Below, in pieces: positions 40,400 through 50,017 of a DNA stretch of 64,000 nucleotides. This DNA is from Patescibacteria group bacterium. Its GTDB lineage: Bacteria > Patescibacteriota > UBA1384 > JBAYJO01. Within the stretch, counting starts at the first letter, position 1, and each line of letters begins with the position of its first letter. The position numbers and the translations under genes were made by a program. The DNA is taken from positions 19,413-83,412 of the forward strand of contig JBAYJO010000002.1 of the NCBI GenBank assembly GCA_041665085.1, written 5' to 3'. The notes under the pieces were generated by a model that was not told where the DNA came from, searched no databases, and saw only the letters and a list, made by a program, of their open reading frames with translations.

Positions 40400-41296
40400 A
40401 AGTCGTAGAAGCCATTAAGTAAGAATTTTCTCTTGGGCTAATAATAATATCAAGGCGTTTTAGTAATAGCAAACCCAGCAAAGCATACATAACAGCGAAC
40501 GGCAAAAATATTTTTGGCAAATATCTTTTACAATAATAATAATTTAAAATTATCAAACTCATAGTTGGACCGACACATGTCCCTGCTTCATGTATTTCAA
40601 AACCATTTGATTCAAATAGATTTTGTTGCCCAGTTAGAGTTAGATTCTGATAATGATGAGGATAACCATGATAAGCTTGCATAAATGGGGTGCAACAGTA
40701 TACAAGACCTCCCTTTTTCATTGCCCGAGACATTTCTTGCACTGCTAAATTAGGGTTATAAAGATGCTCCAAAACAGCTTCACAGTATATTGAATCTACA
40801 CAATTATTAACATATGGCAATTTATGTGCATCTGCAACAACATCAACATTAACAAATGGGGCAATATTAAGATTAGTCAGACATCTATGATGTATTTTAG
40901 GTCCTCCACCGATTGCTAAATTTAAAGTTTTTTCATCAAATTTATCAAAAAAATCTAATGCTTTTTTTGATGCTTGGGTTCTAAGATCATCCATCAAAAA
41001 ATTGGTTACATAATTTTTTATCATCTTTATTGATTTTAAAAGTGGATTGAGATTATTTTTTTTATTCTGATCCTGTCTAATATTTTCATATTCCTCAGAC
41101 ATTTTCGAAGTTTTTAACATTTTATTGATCATTTTTTGATCAGAAAGCAGAATTGGCAAATTATTTTTAATATACATATAAGAAATTTCGCCTTTGTTTG
41201 TTCTTAATTTATTTTTCTTATAATCAATAGATAATTTTTTATGTGTATTTGGACAGAGACGAGATAGCCACGCTTAATTTGTTCTGCAACTAACAT
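40377..41296 (-). pseudogene. Trm112-like domain plus class I SAM methyltransferase, frameshifted near the 5' end (intact downstream ORF 40377-41177)
   Basis: AGGAG SD + ATG at 41296; removing 2 nt at ~41255-41260 gives MLVAEQIKRGYLVCPNTHKKL...YMYIKNNLPILL in frame with the MTase (DVVADAHKLPY, AVLEHL, HGYPHHY). Confidence 0.7.
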
Positions 41297-41392
41297 ACTG
41301 GCTCCTATGTTTCATTTTTTAAACAATTATATTTATAATTTGGGACGCTAAATGGAAACTAATTAACTTATTTTATCTTGGAAATTATGCTA

Positions 41393-42358
41393 TTATTGAT
41401 AATTAGTCATCTTTTTCCTTATTAAAATTAGCAAGCTTATCCAAGGACCATTATACATTATGTTTGCCCATAGAGAAGAAAAAAGATATGGGAAAAATGC
41501 TCGTTTCCAATATTTATTTTTATTGTAGTATTTCCAAAATATATTATTCATCCCTTCGGGTGTAAGGCAATCATTAATACCCATCTCTTGGTCAACAAAT
41601 CTCTTCTGTATTGCAGATATTTTTTTGACTGGACCAGTAGAAAATAAACCGATTGCTTCTCTCCCCCATTTAAAGTCAGCAAGAGAAGTCTTTTCCCCAA
41701 CATTCACATCCCTACAATCCTTATTTATTAAAACAGGGGATTCTCCAAGCAAAAAGAAAGGTATTCCTAAGTCGATCGAATAAAAAGTGTAACTACCCAC
41801 ATCGTTTGAACTGGCATATTTATAATTTGATAAAATTTTATAAAAATTCTTAACAAAATCCAAGCTATTGGTAAACTTTGGACCGGCAGATACCACTTGA
41901 AATCCATTTTTTCTATATATATCAGCTTTTTTATCTATAAAGTCCAACCATAGCAGACAAATAGTTATTGGGAAAAAATCACTTGGAAGTGTTTTTAATT
42001 TCAGGCAATATTTCTGAACATCAAATCTACTTTTCAAATCGTAAGTTGAATGGCTAGGAAAAACGATTGTCCCTTTTGCGTTTGTTTGTTTTGTAATGTT
42101 GTGAGCATTTTTATAGTGTATAAAAGGAGAACCCATAATAGCAACAGCAATGTTACTTTTTCTTTTCCACGCTTCTGCTCTACGCTTACTAAATACCAAC
42201 ATTAACGGCTTATCGGTTTTAAGATCACTTACCTCTGATTCTTCTGTAGGCGACCAACCATGCTCCATATGACAAGGCATTGGTAAAAAATGCGAAAAAC
42301 TTGCATAATCTTTCATAATATAATTAAAAGCATAATTTCTTACTTCATTATATTGCAT
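41393..42358 (-). CDS. Hypothetical protein downstream of pseI (possible glycosyltransferase)
   Basis: 321 aa, EHGW and VFPSHST motifs; function inferred only from context. Confidence 0.55.
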   Translation of the reverse strand: MQYNEVRNYAFNYIMKDYASFSHFLPMPCHMEHGWSPTEESEVSDLKTDKPLMLVFSKRRAEAWKRKSNIAVAIMGSPFIHYKNAHNITKQTNAKGTIVFPSHSTYDLKSRFDVQKYCLKLKTLPSDFFPITICLLWLDFIDKKADIYRKNGFQVVSAGPKFTNSLDFVKNFYKILSNYKYASSNDVGSYTFYSIDLGIPFFLLGESPVLINKDCRDVNVGEKTSLADFKWGREAIGLFSTGPVKKISAIQKRFVDQEMGINDCLTPEGMNNIFWKYYNKNKYWKRAFFPYLFSSLWANIMYNGPWISLLILIRKKMTNYQ

Positions 42359-43415
42359 CCGTTTCCTTGCTAAAATAATTTTGTTCTAAGGGAGTTCCCT
42401 GCATAAGATCTTTTTTTGCTTTACTACCTATCACTTGAGTGATAAATTTGGGATGCAGACCAAATCCCGGGCGTATTGAACGAATATTCTTATTTGTTAA
42501 TGATTCACCTTCTTTGATATCTTTAGTTACAAACAAAGATCTAGAAAATTGTCGATTCTTTTTCGATCTAGCTGAAAGATCATAAGTTACTTTCCCAAGA
42601 GCTTTTTCTACTTCCCTAATATTACCAACCATTTCTTTGAACTCTATTGGTTCTAGTGAAAATAAAGCATCCGGACCACCTAGGTTACGATCTAAAATAA
42701 AATGCTTTTCAATTACTTTTGCCCCAAGCGTAACTGCAATAGCTGGCACGACTGTCGAAAGCGAATGATCTGAAAGGCCAACTTCTACTTTGTACTTTTT
42801 CTTAATATCAGGAATAGTTAGTAAATTCATCTCTTTTGGATCAGTTGGATAAGACGAAGTACATTTCAAAATAATTATTTGGTTATTACCGGCCTTTCTG
42901 CACAAATCAATGACATCTTTTATCTCATCTTCAAACGCAATCCCTGTTGATATAATAATCGGTTTACCCTTCTTAGCTACATATTTAATAAAATCATAAT
43001 CAGTGATTTCAAAAGAAGCAATTTTATAAGCAGGAACATTTAATTCTTTTTCGAGAAAATCAGCTGCTTTAGCATCACATGGAGTTGAAAAACAAATCAT
43101 TCCCAAATCTTCGGCAATCTTTTTTAGTTTTGGTTGCCATTCCCATGGAGTATCTGTTTCTTGATATAGTTTATACAAAGTGGTACCATCCCAAACTGTT
43201 CCTTGTTTAATTTGAAAATATTCATTATCTGAATCCAGCGTTAACCCTGACGGACTATCTGTTGACAGCTTAATTGCGTCAGCACCTGATTCCTTCATCG
43301 CTTTTATTGTCTTCACTGCTAAATCAAAATTTTGGCGATGGTTACAAGAAAGTTCCGCGACGATAAAAGCTGGTTGATTTTCTCCAATTGTTCTGTTTCC
43401 AATTTTTATATTCAA
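42348..43415 (-). CDS. pseI: Pseudaminic acid synthase (NeuB family with SAF domain)
   Basis: IVAELSCNH, TPWEWQ, YKIASFE, KCTSSYP, GLSDH, IEKHF, IRPGFGLHP. Confidence 0.9.
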   Translation of the reverse strand: MNIKIGNRTIGENQPAFIVAELSCNHRQNFDLAVKTIKAMKESGADAIKLSTDSPSGLTLDSDNEYFQIKQGTVWDGTTLYKLYQETDTPWEWQPKLKKIAEDLGMICFSTPCDAKAADFLEKELNVPAYKIASFEITDYDFIKYVAKKGKPIIISTGIAFEDEIKDVIDLCRKAGNNQIIILKCTSSYPTDPKEMNLLTIPDIKKKYKVEVGLSDHSLSTVVPAIAVTLGAKVIEKHFILDRNLGGPDALFSLEPIEFKEMVGNIREVEKALGKVTYDLSARSKKNRQFSRSLFVTKDIKEGESLTNKNIRSIRPGFGLHPKFITQVIGSKAKKDLMQGTPLEQNYFSKETDAI

Positions 43416-43424
43416 TTATTCTCC

Positions 43425-44099
43425 TTATTTTGTACAGCGAATTAACTCAAATGCTTCGGCGCATTTCAATCCGGTTCTCACTCCCCAGTAGTTTGCACTC
43501 AATTCAATTCCTTCTACTGATCTTGGATGAGGATAATTTCTTATCTCTGATTTATACTGTTTCATTGCTTCTGTTTTTAAATCAATTGTTTTTGATATAT
43601 CAAAATAGGTATTTGGGCTGAATGTAAGCGGATAATTCCATTCGGTTGAAGAAAGAATTTCAAATGAGTAAATTTCTTTTACTGTTTCACCAACCATAGG
43701 CCTGGTTGCCGTTAAAACCGCTCCTGCTGTAATTTTATGGTCTATATTCAAGTCATTACAATAATGAGTAAAAATGACGTCAGGGTTGATTCTATCCTTT
43801 ATCTTTTCGATTTTTTTAACAATATCCAATAAGTCTACTGAATCAAATCGGTTATCAGGAACGTCTTCAGTTATAACTTCTTTCACTCCGATTATCTCAT
43901 TCGCTTTATTCATTTGTTCTTTGAGTGAATTAATTTCGTCATTTCTTACATTTGTATCCCTCTTATCGTCCCTGGCCGTAACACCTTCGCCTAAAATTAA
44001 TGTATAAGCCTCGTTGCCTTCCTTAACTAATCTGGCGATTGTCCCCCCACATCCTAAAATTTCATCATCCGGATGAGCTGCTATTACTAAAATTTTCAT
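43425..44099 (-). CDS. PIG-L/LmbE family deacetylase
   Basis: AAHPDDE, TH..DLN.DH, EAFE. Confidence 0.9.
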   Translation of the reverse strand: MKILVIAAHPDDEILGCGGTIARLVKEGNEAYTLILGEGVTARDDKRDTNVRNDEINSLKEQMNKANEIIGVKEVITEDVPDNRFDSVDLLDIVKKIEKIKDRINPDVIFTHYCNDLNIDHKITAGAVLTATRPMVGETVKEIYSFEILSSTEWNYPLTFSPNTYFDISKTIDLKTEAMKQYKSEIRNYPHPRSVEGIELSANYWGVRTGLKCAEAFELIRCTK

Positions 44100-44827
44100 T
44101 TTTTCTCCTTAAATATTTTTTCTAATTCACTTTTTGAAATATTATCACTTAATATTATATCCAAAATACAATTTTTTGGTATGTTAAATAACAAATCGAT
44201 GATTGACATATTTTGTACAAAACCGCCATATTGCTGAACATAAATTGGATGCTTATAATTTTGAAAATAGATTTCTAAGTTGTTCTTTTTAAAAAACTCT
44301 TCATCAGCATATTCTTTTCCCTGCGCTCCAAATATAAAATTATTCGCACCACAATTGTGGCATAAATCAACAATTAACTGCTGCTTTTTTGAATGAACGG
44401 CCAAAGTACTTTGAAAAATAACCTCCGTATTTATATTAAGTTCCTGCATAAAAAATTTAATTTGTTCATTTGTTACATCTATAAGATTAACCCAATCTTT
44501 TGTGTAAAAATCTTCGAAATAACTAGCATATTTATCAAAATAAGGTGCTTTTTTATAATTAAAATAAATTCCCTTCCAATGTTTATCTCTCCAATTTTCA
44601 TTGTTATTGATCTTCATTTCTCTAATTGTCTTATCGGAATGCCCTGTATTCAAAACTGGAACTGTTAACCAAATAGGACCATTAGAAGTCTTTATTTGAT
44701 TTCGATTTGTATAGCTATTTTTTTCAAATTGAACATTATCAAGAATAACAAACTTGTCAGATAATGCTAATTTGTGAAAATACCCAAGCCACGGTAAATA
44801 TGCAGGTTGATGGGCGCTAAATAACAT
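44096..44827 (-). CDS. WbqC family protein
   Basis: HQPAYLPWLGYF, LDNVQF, NRNQIK, WLTVPV, SIIDLLFN. Confidence 0.9.
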   Translation of the reverse strand: MLFSAHQPAYLPWLGYFHKLALSDKFVILDNVQFEKNSYTNRNQIKTSNGPIWLTVPVLNTGHSDKTIREMKINNNENWRDKHWKGIYFNYKKAPYFDKYASYFEDFYTKDWVNLIDVTNEQIKFFMQELNINTEVIFQSTLAVHSKKQQLIVDLCHNCGANNFIFGAQGKEYADEEFFKKNNLEIYFQNYKHPIYVQQYGGFVQNMSIIDLLFNIPKNCILDIILSDNISKSELEKIFKEKK

Positions 44828-45888
44828 TATATCTCCTTTAATGCTTTAATGATCAATATAACTTCTTTGTTTTTCAGTGAAGGATAAATCGGGATTGACA
44901 AGGTTGTTGAACTAATCAACTCTGCATTTTTGAAATCGGTTTTTGGCATCTTTAAATAATTGTGCAATAACTCCCAATTTTCAATCGGGATGATTGTCTT
45001 AATCTCCTTCTTTAACAAAAATGCTTTAGCTCTATTTCTTTTTGTGCTACTGGAAAATTTTAATACAAAACGATAGTAGTTTGGGTAACATTCACTATAT
45101 AAAATTGATTGCTGATCGATCTTACCCATAATTGCTCCATTATACAAGTCAGCAATCTTTTTTCTTATATTTAGCAACTCTTTTAATCTTTCCAGTTGCT
45201 TAATTCCCATTGCAGCTGACATGTCACTCATTTGAAAATTAAACCGAGGATAATATTTTTCAACTCCGTCAAAATCACGAAAATCCCTAGCTGACTTTGC
45301 GACTGATTTATCTTCGAAAGCAATTATTCCACCATATCCGGTAGTAATAATCTTGGATGCATAAAAAGAAAAGATAGCCAAAGACCCAAAAGTGCCAACA
45401 GGATTATTGCCAATCCTTGAACCCAAAGCAGTAGCACAGTCTTCAATTATAGGAATTTCGGTTTTTGCTGTTAACTCTCTGGTATCAAATGGAAAACCAA
45501 ACGTATGAGTAATAATTATTGCTTTAGTTTTTTTGTTTATTTTTTTAAAAATATCGATAACAGTTGGGTTAAAATCTATTAACGAAATATCGGTTAAAAT
45601 CGGTTTTGCTCCTGCCATAAATATGGCATTTAAAATTGCCGAACAAGCATAAGTGGGTAAAATAACTTCATCACCAGCACCAACACCCAGCACTTTAAGT
45701 CCTACAAAAAGAGCTGCTGTACCGCTTGAGACTGCAACGCTGTTTCCAATTGGCAATTTATAGAGCTTGCTAAAATTTTTTTCAAATTCCTGTACCTTCG
45801 GACCCTGAGCAACCCAATTGCTTTTCAAGACATCTACTACAGCATCGATTTCCCCTTGACCAATTGTGGGCTTATTGTGAAGTATCAT
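44827..45888 (-). CDS. DegT/DnrJ/EryC1/StrS PLP aminotransferase
   Basis: VSSGTAAL, IEDCA, SFYASKIITTG.GG, LSIPIYP. Confidence 0.9.
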   Translation of the reverse strand: MILHNKPTIGQGEIDAVVDVLKSNWVAQGPKVQEFEKNFSKLYKLPIGNSVAVSSGTAALFVGLKVLGVGAGDEVILPTYACSAILNAIFMAGAKPILTDISLIDFNPTVIDIFKKINKKTKAIIITHTFGFPFDTRELTAKTEIPIIEDCATALGSRIGNNPVGTFGSLAIFSFYASKIITTGYGGIIAFEDKSVAKSARDFRDFDGVEKYYPRFNFQMSDMSAAMGIKQLERLKELLNIRKKIADLYNGAIMGKIDQQSILYSECYPNYYRFVLKFSSSTKRNRAKAFLLKKEIKTIIPIENWELLHNYLKMPKTDFKNAELISSTTLSIPIYPSLKNKEVILIIKALKEI

Positions 45889-46328
45889 TTATTTTTTTTA
45901 AAATAATTTGGCTTAACCTTGGCCGGATTTCCAATAACTAAAGAATATGGCGGTATCGTGCCAGCATTAATAAGAATTGTACCTGCTCCAACTACTGAAT
46001 GATGTCCGATATATGTTTCTCCTCCGATAAAGGAATGGGAACCGACAAAAACATTTTCTTCAAGGATAATTTGTTTTCTGTCAATATTATCGGTTAACCC
46101 TAAATTTTTTCTATGAGAATCAGCTACATTAATCGAAACAAATGAGGCAATATCACAATTTTTACCAATTATCACCTTCGATCCTTTGGCGTTAACTTCA
46201 GAAAATAAACCAATATATGTGCCTTCGCCAATTTCCGGATTTCCATTAATAAATACAAGTGGATGCAGATCATTTTCTCTAAGATCCAATAGCTCTATTA
46301 TCTTCTTTTTTAATATTTTATCATCCAT
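45885..46328 (-). CDS. Hexapeptide-repeat acyltransferase
   Basis: IGEGTYIG, IGKNCDI, VGAG, GNPAK. Confidence 0.85.
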   Translation of the reverse strand: MDDKILKKKIIELLDLRENDLHPLVFINGNPEIGEGTYIGLFSEVNAKGSKVIIGKNCDIASFVSINVADSHRKNLGLTDNIDRKQIILEENVFVGSHSFIGGETYIGHHSVVGAGTILINAGTIPPYSLVIGNPAKVKPNYFKKNK

Positions 46329-46354
46329 AGTTATTCCTTTATTGCCAAAAAATT

Positions 46355-46999
46355 CTAAGAAGCAAAAGTGTGCTGATCTGGGATTTCTCGCTGATAAATT
46401 TTGTGTTCCAGAATTTTAATATTAAAATTTATAAAGATTTTTTCTAAAAGTTCTTTGTCTGTAAAGTGCACTATTCCAAGGCCGGCGAATTGCCCGTCGG
46501 TATAATTTCCAATTGAAAAAGGATCATCTTTCAGCTTGATCCCTCTTATGTAATCGCTGTGCTTGACAGAAAACCAATCAATGCCAATAAACTTTCCTTG
46601 CTTTTTTAAAATTGGCAATATAAGTTTATCAGCACAATTAGCTATAACATCGGTTGTATTGTGAGTTAGAGATGCTCGGTCAACCACTAAATCAAATTTT
46701 TCTTTGAAAGACAATTTCTTTGTAAAATCGCCTACTACTAACCGATCTTTTAATTCTGGGTATTTGAGTTGAAGCATTTTAATAACACTTTGACTTCCAT
46801 CAATTCCATAATATTGCACCCCCAAACTTTTAAAAAATGGAATATTCGCTCCAGCTCCGCAACCTAAATCCAAAACTGTGTATTGAGAAGAAAAGGGTTT
46901 GCAATACCGCATTACATAGCTGACCAAATCAGACCAAGGCCAAATGCTATTATGTTGATTTTTTTTATAAGTCTGTTCCCATTCATTAGAAAATGTCAT
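46355..46999 (-). CDS. Class I SAM-dependent methyltransferase, apparently truncated by a TAG (frame continues to 46331)
   Basis: WPWSDLV, VLDLGCGAGAN, GIDGS, FDLVVDR; sequence continues FAS*NFLAIKE*. Confidence 0.85.
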   Translation of the reverse strand: MTFSNEWEQTYKKNQHNSIWPWSDLVSYVMRYCKPFSSQYTVLDLGCGAGANIPFFKSLGVQYYGIDGSQSVIKMLQLKYPELKDRLVVGDFTKKLSFKEKFDLVVDRASLTHNTTDVIANCADKLILPILKKQGKFIGIDWFSVKHSDYIRGIKLKDDPFSIGNYTDGQFAGLGIVHFTDKELLEKIFINFNIKILEHKIYQREIPDQHTFAS

Positions 47000-47703
47000 T
47001 TTATCAAAAGATTATTTAATATAGCATATTTTAATTCAGCAATTTTCCAATCTTCGAGCGTATCGATGTCTTGCACTCTTTCTGCAGGTAAAATAATTGC
47101 TTTGCTCCTTTGAGAAAAAAATTGTTTTTCTAGCTGAAAGCGCTCGGCATGCAAACAATAAAACTGACCGGCATCATGGTGCATCTCTTTTAGTTCTTGT
47201 GATCTCTTGTCCATATTTTCTGGTAAATGCATTTCAACCCAACCATCATTAATTTTTAAGGCTCTCTGAATGGGATAGCTAAACTTGGCTATTGTGAATA
47301 CAGAAGTTACATCTCTTTCATTATGAAGTATATCAATTGCCTTTTTAATATCTTCAGCTCTAATAAAAGGTGCTGTGGCCAAAAGACAACAAAAACTTTC
47401 AAATAATCGACCCTTTTTCCCATGCTCCGTTAAAACTTCTAAGGCAACATCCTCCAAAGAAGCAATATCATTTGCAGAATTTTTACTTCTCATAAATGGG
47501 ATTGAAGCACCATATTTTTTGCTAATATCAGCGATTTCATCATCATCAGTTGAGACCATGACTTCTGAAAAGCAGCCGGACGCAAGGGCGGCTCTTATTG
47601 AATAACTAATAATCGGTTCTCCGTGAAATAAATTAATATTTTTTCGGGGAATTCTTTTACTCCCTCCTCGAGCAGGTATAATTGCGATACAATTCTTGTT
47701 CAT
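46996..47703 (-). CDS. pseF: Pseudaminic acid cytidylyltransferase
   Basis: IPARGGSKRIPRKN, VSTDD, YPIQRA, DAGQFY, QDIDTLEDW. Confidence 0.9.
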   Translation of the reverse strand: MNKNCIAIIPARGGSKRIPRKNINLFHGEPIISYSIRAALASGCFSEVMVSTDDDEIADISKKYGASIPFMRSKNSANDIASLEDVALEVLTEHGKKGRLFESFCCLLATAPFIRAEDIKKAIDILHNERDVTSVFTIAKFSYPIQRALKINDGWVEMHLPENMDKRSQELKEMHHDAGQFYCLHAERFQLEKQFFSQRSKAIILPAERVQDIDTLEDWKIAELKYAILNNLLIK

Positions 47704-47720
47704 ATTTTGTTTTTATCACT

Positions 47721-48491
47721 CTATTTGTAAGGGTAGGGCTCAATATTAGCTAGATCTTGCGCTATATAATCAAGAATACCTGTTATTTCAGCTTCAGTCA
47801 ATTTTTTTTCACCTTCTACATTTTTAATATTTATCGGTAAGAGTACTAAATTAATACCTTTAAATCTATTTTTATGCTTTGACATGATTCTTAAAACCCT
47901 AGAAAGATGTGGGGTATGAGAAACTATGCCCAGAAAATCACCTTTCTTGAGTTCAAAATTCCCGGGAAAATTAAAAAAATTAATCTGATCAAGCGTTCTG
48001 ATAATTTTACCTTTTGGAATAAATATATTATCTTTTGCAATTGGAAATTTTTGGGCGCGGGCAGCTTTTAAAAGATCCTTATTCTGTATATCGATACCGT
48101 TATAAATTAACATTGGTGCATTGTCTCTCAATTTTGAAATATTATTTATTATTTCGGCAGCAAAATTTAGTCTCTCTTTATCTAAATTATGATACCATTC
48201 ATTACCTAAATTTTGTCTATCGCTGGGCGAATCAGTCAAAGGTTTTAAATATGTCCCGCTGCCAGCTAAAACCCAAATTGCTTTGATTCTTGACTTTGTA
48301 TTAAGAAATTGATCAATTTTCAATTTTATGTCAGTTGCTTCGTTTTTTTGCATCTCAAAAATCAATTCGTCTATAATATGATCTAGTTGTTTTTGCTGGT
48401 TTTTCCAAAAATTGGGATAATTAGATATAGCCAAATTTCGAAGCGCCATCCTATCAAAATTATTTTTCATTTTAAAGTTAAAATTATCCAT
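47721..48491 (-). CDS. Hypothetical protein, distant DUF218/YdcF-like
   Basis: IWVLAGSG, ERL..A, LIYNG, RTLDQ, IVSHTPHLSR resemble the YdcF motif order. Confidence 0.45.
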   Translation of the reverse strand: MDNFNFKMKNNFDRMALRNLAISNYPNFWKNQQKQLDHIIDELIFEMQKNEATDIKLKIDQFLNTKSRIKAIWVLAGSGTYLKPLTDSPSDRQNLGNEWYHNLDKERLNFAAEIINNISKLRDNAPMLIYNGIDIQNKDLLKAARAQKFPIAKDNIFIPKGKIIRTLDQINFFNFPGNFELKKGDFLGIVSHTPHLSRVLRIMSKHKNRFKGINLVLLPINIKNVEGEKKLTEAEITGILDYIAQDLANIEPYPYK

Positions 48492-48504
48492 TAAAAATTA
48501 TATG

Positions 48505-50013
48505 TTAAAATTTTACTTTTTCAGTCACATCGAGAAATTTATAAGGCTGTCCATAAGTAGAAAAGTAGCTCCTGTCATCTAGCTTCTCGTAATTGGTTTT
48601 AAAGTAATAATTAAATATTAATCTAAAACTATTTACTGGAGTTATATTATCATAAATAATGTTATCACCCCCATTTGGTAAATAGTAAGCGTTAAAAATT
48701 CCCATTCTTTCTCCATAACTTTCTTCACTAGGATTATTCCATTGATCATCCGAGAAAGTCGAAGCAGTGCCATGATCTGCTTGAATAATTATTATAGGAG
48801 GATTTTTTGAAGATGCTAATATATCATCCACTGTTTTGTTGACTTCTTTGTTTATATAAATTAATTGATTTACATAATCATCTTTTTGTTTCCAATCACC
48901 ACCAGGAATGAGTAATTTGTCTTTATTAACTGGTTCTCCATTTGCATCAAAAACGTAAGGTGCATGCGGACAAATTATATGGACAAATACAAATTTTGGA
49001 TCTTTTATAGCGGAGGGAATTTCTGATAATTTGGTAAATTCATATAAAGTCCTTTCTCTGTCATTTTTTTGATTACCCGTAACCCTAAGCATAGTGGTTT
49101 TAAATAAAATTGACCGGAATTCACCACCAGAGTCATATCGAAAGGAAAAATCTGCTTTTGAACTCGCATTGGCAGGACCCCAGCTCGGACTAACAAGTAT
49201 AGATTTATAATTAATTGATTTTAATAAGCTATAAATTTTATTATTACTAATCATGTCATAAGTTATACTGCGATTTTGCGAATTTTCTCCCAAATCCTCG
49301 CTTAAACCATTAATATATTTCATATTAAGCGATGAGGAGAGCGAAAGAAAAGTATTCGCATAATTGCTCTGGCTATTAGAGGGGACTATGAAACCTTTAC
49401 TTTTTAAATTATCTGTAAATTCATTATTATTGTAACCATAAATTTTTTGTAAATTATTATTAGAAGTGTAACTATCCAGAATAATATAATAAATATCTGG
49501 TAGATTATCTTCTTGTTCTGCGGTTAGTGTTATTTTTTCTTGATTTTGTTCAAGATATCGGCTTTTATTTTCAAATTTTGCAAACAAAATACTAAATGTT
49601 GTAATAGCTATCAATGCCAATGAAACAATCGTAAAAAAACTACTTAAAGAGGTTAGATTTTTCCTCGTTCTAAGAATCAAAAAATAAACTACTATAAACA
49701 AAATTGACCAGATTGCTAACAATAATTGATGATTATCAAGAGCTATTTGACCAATTTTCTTATTTATTAAACTATTAAAAATTAACCCATATGAAAAAAA
49801 AACGAATAGAATAAATGTTGTAATAATTCCAGCTTTATCTTTATTTTTAGTTAATAAATTAAATAATAAAACTAACAAAAAAGTCATAAATATACTTATC
49901 CCAATAGGAACAATGATTTCTAAAAAATAGACTTGCTCTTTATTTATAGAATATAAAAATATAATTGGATAAATTGATAATAAAAATGGGTAATAATGAA
50001 TGAATTTTTTCAT
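48505..50013 (-). CDS. Membrane-anchored sulfatase-like (alkaline phosphatase superfamily) hydrolase/transferase
   Basis: N-terminal TMs; PDIYYIILDSY, NYANT.LS, VHIICPHAPY, IQADHG. Confidence 0.85.
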   Translation of the reverse strand: MKKFIHYYPFLLSIYPIIFLYSINKEQVYFLEIIVPIGISIFMTFLLVLLFNLLTKNKDKAGIITTFILFVFFSYGLIFNSLINKKIGQIALDNHQLLLAIWSILFIVVYFLILRTRKNLTSLSSFFTIVSLALIAITTFSILFAKFENKSRYLEQNQEKITLTAEQEDNLPDIYYIILDSYTSNNNLQKIYGYNNNEFTDNLKSKGFIVPSNSQSNYANTFLSLSSSLNMKYINGLSEDLGENSQNRSITYDMISNNKIYSLLKSINYKSILVSPSWGPANASSKADFSFRYDSGGEFRSILFKTTMLRVTGNQKNDRERTLYEFTKLSEIPSAIKDPKFVFVHIICPHAPYVFDANGEPVNKDKLLIPGGDWKQKDDYVNQLIYINKEVNKTVDDILASSKNPPIIIIQADHGTASTFSDDQWNNPSEESYGERMGIFNAYYLPNGGDNIIYDNITPVNSFRLIFNYYFKTNYEKLDDRSYFSTYGQPYKFLDVTEKVKF

Positions 50014-50017
50014 CGGA

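Noticed and set aside
46355-46357. Genome-wide stop-codon reassignment
   Set aside because: TAG and TGA terminate well-conserved genes at expected lengths (ychF and hsp20 end in TAG, efp in TGA); a single lesion is the simpler explanation.
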